From Escherichia coli (lineage in GTDB: Bacteria > Pseudomonadota > Gammaproteobacteria > Enterobacterales > Enterobacteriaceae): a stretch of 64,000 nt of DNA. Of the stretch, positions 42,713-53,962 are shown piece by piece; position 1 is the first letter of the stretch; each line of letters begins with the position of its first letter. Under the pieces are notes generated by a model that saw nothing but the letters and a program-made list of their open reading frames with translations, searched no databases and was not told the DNA's origin. The stretch is taken from assembly GCF_009931435.1 (NCBI RefSeq), contig NZ_CP043414.1; one strand, given 5' to 3'. The position numbers and the translations under genes were made by a program.

Positions 42713-42723
42713 AGGTGACGTTT

Positions 42724-44133
42724 ATGCAACGAGGGATAGTCTGGGTAGTCGATGACGATAGTTCCATCCGTTGGGTGCTTGAACGTGCGCTCGCTGGAGC
42801 AGGTTTAACCTGTACGACGTTTGAGAACGGCGCGGAAGTGCTGGAGGCGCTGGCGAGCAAAACACCGGATGTACTGCTTTCAGATATCCGTATGCCGGGA
42901 ATGGACGGGCTTGCGCTGCTCAAGCAGATTAAACAGCGCCATCCGATGCTTCCGGTCATCATTATGACCGCACATTCCGATCTGGATGCTGCCGTCAGCG
43001 CCTATCAACAAGGGGCGTTTGATTATCTGCCCAAACCGTTTGATATCGACGAAGCCGTGGCGCTGGTTGAGCGCGCCATCAGCCATTATCAGGAACAGCA
43101 GCAACCGCGTAATGTTCAGCTTAACGGCCCGACGACCGATATCATCGGCGAAGCGCCAGCCATGCAGGACGTGTTCCGGATTATCGGTCGGCTTTCACGT
43201 TCTTCTATTAGCGTGCTGATTAACGGCGAATCCGGCACCGGTAAAGAACTGGTCGCTCATGCCCTGCATCGCCACAGTCCTCGAGCCAAAGCGCCGTTTA
43301 TCGCGCTGAATATGGCGGCTATCCCGAAGGATTTGATCGAATCAGAACTGTTCGGTCACGAGAAAGGCGCGTTTACCGGCGCGAATACCATTCGTCAGGG
43401 GCGTTTTGAACAGGCCGATGGCGGCACGTTATTCCTCGATGAAATTGGCGATATGCCGCTCGATGTACAGACGCGTTTGCTGCGCGTGCTGGCAGACGGT
43501 CAGTTTTATCGCGTTGGCGGCTATGCGCCGGTGAAAGTGGATGTGCGGATTATCGCTGCGACCCATCAGAATCTCGAACAGCGGGTACAGGAAGGCAAGT
43601 TCCGTGAGGATTTGTTCCACCGCCTGAACGTTATCCGCGTTCATCTGCCGCCGCTGCGTGAGCGTCGGGAAGATATTCCCCGTCTGGCACGCCATTTTTT
43701 ACAGGTTGCCGCGCGCGAACTGGGCGTAGAAGCGAAGTTGCTGCATCCGGAAACCGAAGCCGCGCTGACGCGTCTGGCATGGCCGGGTAACGTGCGCCAG
43801 CTGGAAAACACCTGCCGTTGGTTAACGGTGATGGCCGCCGGGCAGGAAGTGTTGATTCAGGATTTGCCTGGCGAACTGTTTGAATCAACGGTTGCGGAGA
43901 GTACTCCGCAAATGCAACCGGACAGTTGGGCAACGCTGTTAGCGCAGTGGGCAGACAGAGCGCTGCGTTCCGGTCATCAAAATTTGCTTTCCGAAGCGCA
44001 GCCTGAGCTTGAGCGGACGTTACTGACGACCGCGTTGCGACATACGCAGGGGCATAAACAGGAAGCTGCGCGGCTACTTGGCTGGGGGCGTAACACCCTG
44101 ACGCGGAAGTTAAAAGAGCTGGGGATGGAGTGA
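42724..44133 (+). CDS. glnG: Nitrogen regulation response regulator NtrC (NRI)
   Basis: Start at [19 protein letters not shown] (469 aa); receiver domain, sigma54-activator AAA+ domain (GESGTGKE), C-terminal HTH. Confidence 0.95.
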   Translation: MQRGIVWVVDDDSSIRWVLERALAGAGLTCTTFENGAEVLEALASKTPDVLLSDIRMPGMDGLALLKQIKQRHPMLPVIIMTAHSDLDAAVSAYQQGAFDYLPKPFDIDEAVALVERAISHYQEQQQPRNVQLNGPTTDIIGEAPAMQDVFRIIGRLSRSSISVLINGESGTGKELVAHALHRHSPRAKAPFIALNMAAIPKDLIESELFGHEKGAFTGANTIRQGRFEQADGGTLFLDEIGDMPLDVQTRLLRVLADGQFYRVGGYAPVKVDVRIIAATHQNLEQRVQEGKFREDLFHRLNVIRVHLPPLRERREDIPRLARHFLQVAARELGVEAKLLHPETEAALTRLAWPGNVRQLENTCRWLTVMAAGQEVLIQDLPGELFESTVAESTPQMQPDSWATLLAQWADRALRSGHQNLLSEAQPELERTLLTTALRHTQGHKQEAARLLGWGRNTLTRKLKELGME

Positions 44134-44244
44134 TTCACAGCTTGTGTGTAAAGATTGATTATTGAGCGCAAATTGCTGGTATTTTGCGCTTTACTGTTCC
44201 GATAAGTTCAGTATGATCTTGCCCGGAAAACGGGGAGAGTCATT

Positions 44245-44355
44245 ATGCTGGAATCAATAATTAATCTGGTATCGAGTGGCGCAGTTGACAGCCACACACC
44301 GCAAACTGCCGTTGCTGCCGTGCTGTGTGCTGCGATGATTGGGCTGTTTAGCTGA
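44245..44355 (+). CDS. yshB: Small membrane protein YshB (36 aa)
   Basis: Short ORF MLESIINLVSSGAVDSHTPQTAVAAVLCAAMIGLFS preceded by GGGGAGAG; below the ORF-track size cut-off; location between glnG and hemN as I recall for yshB. Confidence 0.75.
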   Translation: MLESIINLVSSGAVDSHTPQTAVAAVLCAAMIGLFS

Positions 44356-44364
44356 AGCTCGTTG

Positions 44365-44500
44365 TTTATGCCGGATGCGGAGAAAGTCGTAGGCCTGATA
44401 AGACGCGACCAGCGTCGCATCAGGCATCATGCTCAGATGCCGGATGCCGGATGCCGGATGCCGGATGCCGGATGCCGGATGCAGCGTAAACGCCTTATCC
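44365..44500. repeat. REP/BIME cluster containing a 5-copy GCCGGAT heptanucleotide tandem repeat
   Basis: REP-like palindromes (GCCTGATAAGACGCGACCAGCGTCGCATCAGGC; GCGTAAACGCCTTATCCGGCCTAC) flank five complete GCCGGAT units at 44439-44473. Confidence 0.6.
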
Positions 44501-44618
44501 GGCCTACAAAAGCAATAATTTCAACAGGTTTTCTTAACCAGCGCATCAGGCAATCTTGTTCTCAGCACATTGATGGCGCTTTCGTTTTCTACTTTGTAAA
44601 CGAAGCGCCATTCACCAT

Positions 44619-45992
44619 TTAAATCACTCGTGAGAACTGCTGCATCCGCGCTTTCTGGCGCAGATAGGTATCAAAGCACATGCAAATGTTGCGGATCAGC
44701 AGGCGACCTTTCGCCGTTACCTGAATCCCCTTCTCATCCACATCCACCAGCCCATCTTTTGCTAACGGGGCAAGCAGCTTGAGATCTTCTGCAAAGTAGT
44801 CAGCGAAGTGCAAATCCCACTGTTGCTCAATGGGGGCATAATCCAGACGGAAGTTGCAGATGAGCGACTTAATCACATCGCGACGAATACAGTCATCACG
44901 CGTTAGCGCAATACCACGCCACAGCGCATTGCCTTGTTCATCCACTTGCTGATAGTACTGCTTCAACTCTTTCTGATTCTGCGCGTAGCAGTCGCCAATC
45001 ATGCTAATGGCTGAAACGCCCATCCCCAGCAGATCGGTATCGCCCTGAGTGGTGTAGCCCTGGAAGTTACGATGAAGCACGCCTTCACGTTGGGCCACCG
45101 CCAGCTCATCATCCGGGCGAGCAAAGTGATCCATACCGATAAACTGATAGCCCGATTGTGTCAGGAAGGCGATGGTTTCCTGCAGGATATCGAGTTTTTG
45201 CTGCGGACTCGGCAGGTCAGCATCTTTGATTTTACGCTGAGCAGCAAAAATGGTCGGCAAATGCGCGTAGTTAAAGACACTCAGGCGATCGGGGTTAAGT
45301 TCCGCCACGCGTTTCAGGGTAAAGGCGAAACTCTCCGGCGTCTGTTTCGGCAGGCCGTAAATCAGGTCGATGTTGGTGGAAGTAAAGCCAATCTCACGCG
45401 CATGGTTAAGCAGTGCAAAGATGAACTCTTCATCCTGCTCGCGGTTAACCAGACGTTGCACTTCTTTGTTGAAGTCCTGCACGCCCATGCTCAGGCGATT
45501 AAAGCCTTCGGCGCGTAAATGATCGAGTACATCCAGTTCGATTTCCCGCGGATCGACTTCGATCGAAATCTCCGCATCGGCATTGAACTGGAAGTTTTCG
45601 CGCAGCAACTTCATCAGTCGGCTGATTTGCGCTTTGTTCAGATACGTCGGCGTACCACCGCCCCAGTGCAATTGGCTGACGTGACGCCCGGCGAACAGCG
45701 GTGCACGATGGACGATTTCTTGCTCCAGCGCGTCCAGATACTGATCGGCCTTGTGCTGCTGGCGAGTAACAATCTTATTGCAACCGCAGAAGTAACAAAG
45801 CTTATGGCAGAACGGGATATGTACGTAGAGAGATAATGGACGCTCAGGATAGCGCGCCACGGCTTGTAAAAACGCCTGTTCGCCGAAGTCTTCTGAAAAC
45901 TCCAGCGCGGTCGGGTACGAGGTGTATCGTGGCCCGGAATAGTTATATTTCTGGATCAGGGCCAGATCCCAGTCGATTTGCTGTACAGACAT
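44619..45992 (-). CDS. hemN: Oxygen-independent coproporphyrinogen III oxidase (radical SAM)
   Basis: Start at MSVQQIDWDLALIQKYNYSGPRYTSYPTALEF (457 aa); radical-SAM CxxxCxxC (CHKLCYFCGC). Confidence 0.95.
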   Translation of the reverse strand: MSVQQIDWDLALIQKYNYSGPRYTSYPTALEFSEDFGEQAFLQAVARYPERPLSLYVHIPFCHKLCYFCGCNKIVTRQQHKADQYLDALEQEIVHRAPLFAGRHVSQLHWGGGTPTYLNKAQISRLMKLLRENFQFNADAEISIEVDPREIELDVLDHLRAEGFNRLSMGVQDFNKEVQRLVNREQDEEFIFALLNHAREIGFTSTNIDLIYGLPKQTPESFAFTLKRVAELNPDRLSVFNYAHLPTIFAAQRKIKDADLPSPQQKLDILQETIAFLTQSGYQFIGMDHFARPDDELAVAQREGVLHRNFQGYTTQGDTDLLGMGVSAISMIGDCYAQNQKELKQYYQQVDEQGNALWRGIALTRDDCIRRDVIKSLICNFRLDYAPIEQQWDLHFADYFAEDLKLLAPLAKDGLVDVDEKGIQVTAKGRLLIRNICMCFDTYLRQKARMQQFSRVI

Positions 45993-46180
45993 GCTCACTC
46001 CTTCCGATGGCGTCTCTGGCGGCTACGGCGTACCGGCGAATGCCCGTTTCGGGTCATCAGCCGGTTGCGCAGCCACTTTTGTCGCCGCGACAACCGCTGT
46101 AGTTTAACGAATAACCACACCAGATAACATATAACCGGAAGGGTTATCAGCAGAACGGGAAGGCCCACGGCGGCAATCCG

Positions 46181-46690
46181 TTAGTTGCCCCGCAGCAGAC
46201 GCATCATGTCTTCTTGCTTCTCGTCTTCTTCCTCTTCTTCGTCATCGTCATAAGAGAGGCCGAGTTTCTGCATCAACTCATCAATACGATCCAGTTTGGC
46301 ATCCACCCAGGATTGCTCTTCGGCGCTCAGGGTTTCGCCTGCCTCCAGACGTTCCAGCAGCGCATCCAGACGCTCATCCGTTTCCAGTAACTCCAACTCC
46401 GCCTGCGGTGAAAGCATAGGTTTCTCACTCTTCGGTTTGTGCTGTTTGGTGACTTTTTCAGTCACGCCCAATGGAATAGGGGTTTTACTGCCAATACGTG
46501 GATCTTTCGGTGCGTTCTGGCCTTTGCTGCCTGACGTGGTGTTACCGCCCGCTGCGCGGCTGCCCGGCGCATGACCACGACGTTTTTTCTGACGCTTACG
46601 GTCACGAGCTTCCTGATCCAGCTCCTCGCGTGTTTTTCGACGCGCTTTTGCATGACCTTTGCTGCGTGAGTTTGAAGATGATGGTTTCAT
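46181..46690 (-). CDS. yihI: Der GTPase-activating protein YihI
   Basis: 169 aa from [19 protein letters not shown]...; very basic N-terminus, acidic C-terminus ([10 protein letters not shown]). The ORF-track start at 46753 would run into the CsrC terminator and is rejected. Confidence 0.9.
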   Translation of the reverse strand: MKPSSSNSRSKGHAKARRKTREELDQEARDRKRQKKRRGHAPGSRAAGGNTTSGSKGQNAPKDPRIGSKTPIPLGVTEKVTKQHKPKSEKPMLSPQAELELLETDERLDALLERLEAGETLSAEEQSWVDAKLDRIDELMQKLGLSYDDDEEEEEDEKQEDMMRLLRGN

Positions 46691-46758
46691 AATGGTTCGT
46701 CTTTTAGCCGTTTTATTCAGTATAGATTTGCGGCGGAATCTAACAGAAAGCAAGCAAA

Positions 46759-47001
46759 GAAAAAAGGCGACAGATTACTCTGTCGCCTTTTTTCCTGACT
46801 CATAACCCTTAACGGGTCTTACAATCCCTGCAGGCCGCCAACACACCCTGTTTTTCCATTAGCCGGAACAATCCGTGTTGATTCCATTTCCGTTTAATTA
46901 CGTCTCCGGACGTTTGTCTTCCTGACAATCCTCTGTCTTCGCCTCCTGGCGCTCCTGACCCTCATCCTGAGTCATTGTTCCTGTTAGCGTCCTCGCTCTA
47001 T
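46759..47001 (-). ncRNA. csrC: CsrC small RNA (CsrA-sequestering)
   Basis: Minus-strand sequence reads ATAGAGCGAGGACGCTAACAGGAACAATGACTCAGGATGAGGGTCAGGAGCGCCAGGAGG..., with many GGA motifs, ending in hairpin GGCGACAGAGTAATCTGTCGCC plus U-tract; matches CsrC as I remember it. Ends +/- a few nt. Confidence 0.85.
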
Positions 47002-47271
47002 GGGTGCTACTTTACGCCTTTGCTTTAAACAAACAATCAACCGCCATCAGTATTTGCACATTTTCAGAGTTTTATATAAAAGCAATTAACTGATTTATAT
47101 AGCTTATTTGACATGCATCGCAGAATTTTCTCTGCTATTTCGCATAAAGACTATCGGCAATGTCTCACAAAGCGTATGGCTTTTACTTACAACGCTCACG
47201 CCGAAAAATCCGCCTTTTATTATGGTTCAGGTATAATCGCCGCAAAGCTTTGACTGACGGAGACGACCGCT

Positions 47272-47904
47272 TTGACTAATTTGAATTATCAACAGACGCA
47301 TTTTGTGATGAGTGCGCCTGATATTCGCCACCTACCTTCCGATACCGGAATTGAAGTGGCTTTTGCAGGCCGTTCCAACGCAGGTAAATCCAGCGCGCTG
47401 AACACGCTGACTAACCAGAAAAGCCTGGCGCGGACCTCAAAAACCCCAGGGCGCACCCAGCTTATCAACCTGTTTGAAGTGGCTGACGGCAAGCGTCTGG
47501 TTGACCTGCCCGGCTATGGCTACGCGGAAGTCCCGGAAGAGATGAAGCGCAAATGGCAGCGCGCGCTCGGCGAGTACCTCGAAAAACGTCAGAGCCTGCA
47601 AGGCCTGGTGGTACTCATGGATATTCGCCATCCGCTGAAAGATTTGGATCAGCAGATGATTGAGTGGGCGGTAGACAGCAATATCGCCGTGCTGGTGCTG
47701 CTGACCAAAGCGGACAAACTGGCAAGCGGCGCACGTAAAGCGCAATTGAATATGGTGCGTGAAGCGGTGCTGGCGTTTAACGGTGATGTGCAGGTTGAAA
47801 CGTTCTCTTCGCTGAAGAAGCAAGGCGTGGACAAGCTGCGGCAGAAACTGGATACCTGGTTTAGCGAGATGCAGCCTGTAGAAGAAACGCAGGACGGCGA
47901 ATAA
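47272..47904 (+). CDS. engB: Ribosome biogenesis GTPase EngB (YihA)
   Basis: 210 aa ORF starting at TTG ([23 protein letters not shown]...); G1 motif GRSNAGKSS. Confidence 0.9.
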
Positions 47905-47924
47905 TTTTCTTGCCTTAATGCTTG

Positions 47925-47975
47925 TGCCGGATGTGGCGTATCCGGCTCTGGCATAGGCCTGAGAAGCATCAGGCA
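47925..47975. repeat. REP-like palindromic element downstream of engB
   Basis: GCCGGATGTGGCGTATCCGGC ... GCCTGAGAAGCATCAGGC inverted repeats. Confidence 0.5.
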
Positions 47976-47998
47976 TTACGATCTTTTCTTTCGCCCAA

Positions 47999-48107
47999 TA
48001 AAAAACGCCCCAGTCATTACTGACTGGGGCGGCTAAAATATTCAGCCAAATCCGATTACGTGAAGTAAAAGGTCTGAAAGATAGAACATCTTACCTCTGT
48101 ACCCTAC
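47999..48107 (-). ncRNA. spf: Spot 42 small RNA
   Basis: Minus-strand sequence GTAGGGTACAGAGGTAAGATGTTCTATCTTTCAGACCTTTTACTTCACGTAATCGGATTTGGCTGAATATTTTAGCCGCCCCAGTCAGTAATGACTGGGGCGTTTTTTA recognised as Spot 42; lies just downstream of polA. Confidence 0.9.
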
Positions 48108-48254
48108 GCGACTAACTTTACTCTTTTTTGTTCAGTTCAGAAAGCATTTTTTGTAATTTTTTTTCAGTTGTTGCATAGGAATTTCTAATAGCCATCACAA
48201 AACGTGACAGCTTATGTTGCTTACTTACGAAAAAAGGGCATGTTCAGGCGAATC

Positions 48255-51041
48255 TTAGTGCGCCTGATCCCAGTTTTCGCCACTCCCCACTTCCACCAGC
48301 AGCGGCACATCCAGACGGGTACAGTTTTCCATCAGTTGATGAATCTGTTTCGCGACGGCATCGACATCATCTTTATGAACTTCAAATACCAGTTCATCGT
48401 GTACCTGCATAATCATACGCACACGCGGTTGCTCAGCTTGTAACCACGCATCAACGGCAATCATCGCTCGTTTGATAATGTCGGCGGCGGTTCCCTGCAT
48501 TGGCGCGTTAATGGCTGCACGTTCAGCCGCTGCACGACGAGCACCATTGCTGGATTTGATATCCGGCAGATACAGACGGCGTCCGTCCAGCGTTTCAACG
48601 TAGCCCTGTTCTTTCGCCTGCGCACGGGTGCGCTCCATATACTCCAGCACGCCTGGGTAGCGTTCGAAGTAAAGGTCCATGTACTTCTGCGCTTCTTTAC
48701 GTGGAATGTTCAATTGTCGCGCCAGACCGAAAGCACTCATGCCATAAATCAGACCAAAGTTGATCGCTTTCGCGCTACGACGTTGCTCGCTGGTGACGGT
48801 TTCCAGTGGCAAACCAAACACTTCTGCCGCCGTAGCCCGGTGGATATCTTTTCCTTCCGCGAATGCGGTCAGCAAGCCTTTGTCACGCGAGAGATGCGCC
48901 ATAATGCGCAGTTCAATCTGCGAGTAGTCCGCCGAGACAATCACATAATCCTCTGGCGCAATAAACGCCTGGCGGATACGACGACCTTCTTCGTTACGCA
49001 CCGGAATGTTTTGCAGGTTAGGATCGGTTGACGATAAACGTCCCGTAGCGGTTACTGCCTGGTGATAAGAGGTATGTACACGCCCGGTTTTCGGGTTGAT
49101 CATCAGCGGCAGCTTGTCGGTGTAGGTCGATTTCAGCTTCGCCAGACCACGATACTCCAGAATCACTTTTGGCAACGGATAGTCCAGCGCCAGTTCTTCC
49201 AGTACCTCTTCCGACGTTGACGGCGCACCACCCGGCGTTTTCTTCAGCGGTTTAATGCCCTGTTTTTCAAACAGAATGGTTTGTAACTGCTTGGTGGAAG
49301 AAAGGTTAAATTCTTCACCTGCAATTTCATGCGCTTTCTTTTCCAGCTCAGCCAGACGTAGAGTGAGCTCTTCAGAATGATTATGAAGCACTTTCGGATC
49401 GATCTTCACACCGTTACGTTCAATGCGTGAAAGCACCGGCACCAGCGGCATTTCGATGTTCTCGAAGACGTTCAACGGCCCTTTGTGTTTTTGCAGATCC
49501 GGCCACATTTTCAGATGCAACTGCAAGGTGACATCTGCATCTTCGGCGGCGTAACGTCCGGCCTCTTCGAGGGCAATCTGGTTAAAGGTCAGTTGATTTT
49601 TGCCTTTACCCGCAATCTCTTCAAAAGTGATGGTTTTGTGCTTCAACCAACGTTCCGCGAGGCTGTCCATATCGTGACGCCCGGCAACGCTATTGAGAAT
49701 GTAGGACTCCAGCATGGTATCAAACGCAATCCCACGCAGCTCAATGCCGTAGTTCGCCAGAATACCGCGATCGTATTTCAGGTTTTGCCCGACCTTCAGC
49801 GCCTTTTCATCTTCCAGCAGCGGTTTTAGCAACTCGAGTGCACGCTCGCGAGAGATTTGATCGGGCGCATCAAGATAATCATGAGCAACCGGAATATATG
49901 CCGCTACGCCTGGCTCGATAGCAAAAGAAAGCCCGACCAGGTTAGCAGAGATGTTATCAAGGCTGTCGGTTTCGGTATCAAATGCAAATACCGGCGATTT
50001 TTCCAGCTTCGCAATCCACGCTTTCAGTGTTTCTTCATCAAGGATGGTGACGTAGTTGTCATAAGAAATCACCGTTGCCGTCACTTCTGGCGCTTCGTCT
50101 GCAACACTGGTTTCCTGCGGCTTCGCGGCTGGTTTTGCCCCTTTGGCCTGTAACCATTTGCCCGCTTCGACATCAGCAGTCCAGCGTTTGAACTCATACT
50201 TTTTGAACAGCCCCAACAACTCTTCCGCCGCCGGTTGCTGCACTTCTAGTTGTTCACAGGTAAGCTCCAGTTCAACGTCGGTTTTAATCGTCGCCAGCTG
50301 GTAAGAGAGATAAGCCACTTCTTTGTTTTGCTCGAGCTTCGCCGCCATTGTTTTCGCGCCACGGAAGCTCAACCCAGCAATTTTTTCTGGCTCGGCATAC
50401 AGCGTATCCAGTCCGCCAAGACCTTGTAGCAATGCTTGCGCGGTTTTTTCACCGACGCCCGGTACGCCAGGGATGTTATCAGAGGAGTCACCCATCAGCG
50501 CCAGGAAGTCGATGATCAGTTCTGGCGGCACGCCGTACTTATTCACCACCTCTTCCGGTCCGAGGATGGTATTCGTCATGGTATTGATAAGCGTAATATT
50601 TGGCGTCACCAGCTGCGCCATATCTTTATCGCCTGTGCTTATCAGCACCGGACGCCCGGCTTTTTCGGCTTCGCGCGCCAGAGTACCGATAACGTCGTCC
50701 GCTTCTACGCCAGAAACCGCCAGCAGCGGCAGTCCCATCGCTTTAACCATCGCGTGCAGAGGTTCGATTTGTGCTCGCAGATCGTCCGGCATTGGCGGAC
50801 GATGTGATTTGTAATGTTCAAACAGTTCATCACGAAAGGTTTTTCCCTTGGCGTCAAAGACCACCGCTGCATGCGTCGGTTTATATTGCATGATTAGACT
50901 GCGCAGCATGTTGAGGACACCATACATCGCACCGGTCGGCTCGCCTGCGCTGTTAGTCAGCGGGGGAAACGCGTGATAGGCGCGATAAAGATAAGATGAA
51001 CCATCTACAAGGATAAGTGGATTTTGGGGGATCTGAACCAT
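48255..51041 (-). CDS. polA: DNA polymerase I
   Basis: 928 aa [44 protein letters not shown]... recognised as PolA. Confidence 0.97.
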   Translation of the reverse strand: MVQIPQNPLILVDGSSYLYRAYHAFPPLTNSAGEPTGAMYGVLNMLRSLIMQYKPTHAAVVFDAKGKTFRDELFEHYKSHRPPMPDDLRAQIEPLHAMVKAMGLPLLAVSGVEADDVIGTLAREAEKAGRPVLISTGDKDMAQLVTPNITLINTMTNTILGPEEVVNKYGVPPELIIDFLALMGDSSDNIPGVPGVGEKTAQALLQGLGGLDTLYAEPEKIAGLSFRGAKTMAAKLEQNKEVAYLSYQLATIKTDVELELTCEQLEVQQPAAEELLGLFKKYEFKRWTADVEAGKWLQAKGAKPAAKPQETSVADEAPEVTATVISYDNYVTILDEETLKAWIAKLEKSPVFAFDTETDSLDNISANLVGLSFAIEPGVAAYIPVAHDYLDAPDQISRERALELLKPLLEDEKALKVGQNLKYDRGILANYGIELRGIAFDTMLESYILNSVAGRHDMDSLAERWLKHKTITFEEIAGKGKNQLTFNQIALEEAGRYAAEDADVTLQLHLKMWPDLQKHKGPLNVFENIEMPLVPVLSRIERNGVKIDPKVLHNHSEELTLRLAELEKKAHEIAGEEFNLSSTKQLQTILFEKQGIKPLKKTPGGAPSTSEEVLEELALDYPLPKVILEYRGLAKLKSTYTDKLPLMINPKTGRVHTSYHQAVTATGRLSSTDPNLQNIPVRNEEGRRIRQAFIAPEDYVIVSADYSQIELRIMAHLSRDKGLLTAFAEGKDIHRATAAEVFGLPLETVTSEQRRSAKAINFGLIYGMSAFGLARQLNIPRKEAQKYMDLYFERYPGVLEYMERTRAQAKEQGYVETLDGRRLYLPDIKSSNGARRAAAERAAINAPMQGTAADIIKRAMIAVDAWLQAEQPRVRMIMQVHDELVFEVHKDDVDAVAKQIHQLMENCTRLDVPLLVEVGSGENWDQAH

Positions 51042-51154
51042 AATGTCCGTGCCTGTTTATCAGATTATGGGTAAAGGATGCCACAGACAGGATGAAAACA
51101 TGAGTTTTTCACCGCTTTTCGTGAAAATCTTTTGTAGATCTTCTGGATCGCTCG

Positions 51155-51163
51155 CAAATCGTC
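51155..51163. promoter_or_regulatory. DnaA box in the polA upstream region
   Basis: TGTGGATAA (reverse complement TTATCCACA, perfect DnaA-box consensus) about 115 nt upstream of the polA start; a second near-consensus box TGTGGATAG at 51306-51314. Confidence 0.5.
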
Positions 51164-51404
51164 ATGTGGATAACTTTGTGCATAAATTATTTACATCGCT
51201 TTTAATTTATTATCATGCTTTTTACAGCATGATGTTTGTCTTTGCTTTTCATACAGTTAAATATAAAGCCATCCCTAATAATTGTGATAATGGGATTTTT
51301 TCTAATGTGGATAGATATGAATTATTTTTCTCCTTAAGGATCATCCGTTATTTGGGGCGTTTTCTGCTAAAATCGGCGCCTTGCGCTTCTTTAGCGCACT
51401 GTCT

Positions 51405-52337
51405 ATGGCTAACCTTTTGAATAAATTCATTATGACGAGAATACTCGCTGCGATAACCCTTTTGCTGAGTATCGTATTGACCATTTTGGTCACTATTTTT
51501 TGCTCCGTCCCGATCATCATTGCCGGGATTGTAAAACTATTGCTACCTGTGCCAGTCATTTGGCGAAAGGTTTCGCGTTTTTGTGATTTTATGATGTATT
51601 GCTGGTGTGAAAGTCTGGCGGTATTACTGCATCTGAACCCACACCTGCAATGGGAAGTTCACGGGCTGGAAGGGTTAAGTAAGAAGAACTGGTATCTGCT
51701 TATTTGTAACCACCGTAGTTGGGCAGATATTGTCGTACTGTGCGTGCTGTTTCGTAAGCACATTCCGATGAATAAATATTTCCTCAAGCAGCAGCTTGCC
51801 TGGGTGCCATTTCTTGGCCTGGCATGCTGGGCGCTGGATATGCCGTTTATGAAGCGTTATTCCCGCGCTTATTTATTACGTCATCCGGAGAGACGTGGTA
51901 AAGATGTTGAAACCACACGGCGTTCTTGTGAAAAGTTTCGCCTGCACCCCACCACCATTGTCAATTTCGTTGAAGGCTCCCGTTTCACGCAAGAAAAACA
52001 TCAGCAAACCCACTCCACTTTTCAAAACTTGTTGCCACCAAAGGCGGCAGGCATTGCGATGGCGCTAAATGTACTGGGTAAACAATTCGATAAACTGCTT
52101 AATGTTACGCTGTGTTATCCCGACAATAACCGTCAGCCGTTCTTCGATATGTTAAGCGGTAAACTGACGCGAATTGTCGTACATGTGGATTTACAGCCTA
52201 TTGCCGATGAGTTACATGGCGACTACATCAATGACAAAAGCTTTAAGCGCCATTTTCAGCAATGGCTGAACTCACTGTGGCAGGAAAAAGACCGACTTCT
52301 GACGTCGTTGATGTCATCACAGCGTCAGAATAAGTAA
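51405..52337 (+). CDS. yihG: Acyltransferase-family inner membrane protein YihG
   Basis: Start at [14 protein letters not shown] (310 aa); acyltransferase HxxxxD-like motif NHRSWADI. Confidence 0.9.
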   Translation: MANLLNKFIMTRILAAITLLLSIVLTILVTIFCSVPIIIAGIVKLLLPVPVIWRKVSRFCDFMMYCWCESLAVLLHLNPHLQWEVHGLEGLSKKNWYLLICNHRSWADIVVLCVLFRKHIPMNKYFLKQQLAWVPFLGLACWALDMPFMKRYSRAYLLRHPERRGKDVETTRRSCEKFRLHPTTIVNFVEGSRFTQEKHQQTHSTFQNLLPPKAAGIAMALNVLGKQFDKLLNVTLCYPDNNRQPFFDMLSGKLTRIVVHVDLQPIADELHGDYINDKSFKRHFQQWLNSLWQEKDRLLTSLMSSQRQNK

Positions 52338-52377
52338 GTTTTACTCGCCTCTGAATGAGCAGAGGCGAGTGAGTATT

Positions 52378-53808
52378 TTAATGAACAAAACGTCCGGCAC
52401 GAGACATAAATTCTTCTTCGCTCATTTCCTGTCCGTTAAAAACAACTTTACCCGGTGTATAACGCAGTTGCAGCGAGGCGGTATTGTTGTCAATCGTGAT
52501 TAACTGAAACATCTGACCTAATGTCATCATCCCGCTGATTTGTTTATCAGCCTGCTTTTGCGCTTTTTCAGCATCCATTCCTTCAGATAAATTAAGCTGT
52601 TTTGCGGTTTCTGTGACGACATTAAGCGGTAACTTCACATCAAAAATGAGCGATTTAATATCTTTGTTTGTGGATGATGAGGATTTGGCTGGGTCGGCAA
52701 TACTGATATCCAGATTGGCATTTAGTTCGCCGAGTGCGTTCTTCCATCTTACCGGTTGTTTAATGGTCGGCTCACTTTTTTGTAATAACGGTAAATACTC
52801 TTTGAACAATGCAGCATTCACTTCTTGCAGAGCAACTTCATCGTTTGCTAACTCAGGGTGTGCAGCAAGCTGCTTCTGCATCGCAATGTTATACTGAATG
52901 ATAAATTGGCGCACCGCTGAGGGATCAATAGATTCCGCAATCAAGGACCACTCACCACTACCGAGTTGCTGATTTCCTTTTGTTAACTTATCAAGTTCGT
53001 AGGTCAGATTGACATTGATATAATCTTTGTCTTTAACGCGATCCAGCCTGGTTTTTGCAACGAAAGCATCGATTTGGGCAACGTCTTCTCCCTGATTGAT
53101 AATGTTAATCTGATTGAATTTCGACTCGCTTTCGCCAACCGGAAATTTCTTTTCTTCTAATCGCGTTAGAGAATCAATGGTAAAACTTTTCGCCGTTACT
53201 TTATTCAATGGCGATAATTCCAGAACAAGATCTTCGACTTTGCCTTCAATATCCAGATTAGACAATGAACTACCATCACCATTAAAAGTAAACTGGCCCT
53301 CACCAAAAGAAAACTTTCCATATTTTGCAGGGGCAACATCTAATGTCGTGGAGAATGAGCCACCAAACGCGAATCGCAATGTCGCTTCCACGGGCGATTT
53401 ATTTTTTGCGGCGATAAATAGCGGTTGTGTCAGTTCATTATTCACTAAGTTCACTTTTGCCGCTGCCAGTGCGGGGATGACATTACCACGCATTAACATT
53501 GTGATGGGCAACGGACCGTGCTCAACATCCACATCAAATGCAACTTTCTGGCCTGGCTTGATATTGAGATCGGGTGCACCGTTATCAAATGTCATTTGCA
53601 TTTGAAAATGAGAATTAAAAAAGCCTTTGTCAAAGTTTTTATAACTTAACGTCATATCGTAGGCATGTTCACCTTTCTCTTTAGCATCGTTAAAATCTTT
53701 AATGAACTTTTCGACACCAGGCTGAATTTGCGTACCTGTGTACCATGTGCCACCACCCCAGATTACGGCTAACGCAACAATAACACCTGTAGCTGACTTA
53801 CGTATCAT
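52378..53808 (-). CDS. yihF: DUF945-family protein YihF
   Basis: Start taken at MIRKSATGVIVALAVIWGGG (476 aa); ORF track extends 14 codons further upstream. Confidence 0.85.
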   Translation of the reverse strand: MIRKSATGVIVALAVIWGGGTWYTGTQIQPGVEKFIKDFNDAKEKGEHAYDMTLSYKNFDKGFFNSHFQMQMTFDNGAPDLNIKPGQKVAFDVDVEHGPLPITMLMRGNVIPALAAAKVNLVNNELTQPLFIAAKNKSPVEATLRFAFGGSFSTTLDVAPAKYGKFSFGEGQFTFNGDGSSLSNLDIEGKVEDLVLELSPLNKVTAKSFTIDSLTRLEEKKFPVGESESKFNQINIINQGEDVAQIDAFVAKTRLDRVKDKDYINVNLTYELDKLTKGNQQLGSGEWSLIAESIDPSAVRQFIIQYNIAMQKQLAAHPELANDEVALQEVNAALFKEYLPLLQKSEPTIKQPVRWKNALGELNANLDISIADPAKSSSSTNKDIKSLIFDVKLPLNVVTETAKQLNLSEGMDAEKAQKQADKQISGMMTLGQMFQLITIDNNTASLQLRYTPGKVVFNGQEMSEEEFMSRAGRFVH

Positions 53809-53962
53809 ATAAATATTCCCTGATAAAACAGCAAAACTTTGAATATCCACTTATGCTGAAATAATGTCCAGCGGCAGGACGCATTATCAGAATGTATTTA
53901 TATTTATTAAATAATAAAAAAAGCCCGTGAATATTCACGGGCTTTATGTAATTTACATTGAA

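Noticed and set aside
44437-44475. Tandem repeat considered as a possible CRISPR array
   Set aside because: Units are 7 bp with no spacers and sit within REP elements; no cas genes. It is a REP-associated microsatellite.
46691-46753. Extended N-terminus of yihI from the ORF track (start at 46753)
   Set aside because: Would overlap the CsrC terminator; the downstream ATG at 46690 gives the 169 aa protein matching YihI as I recall it.
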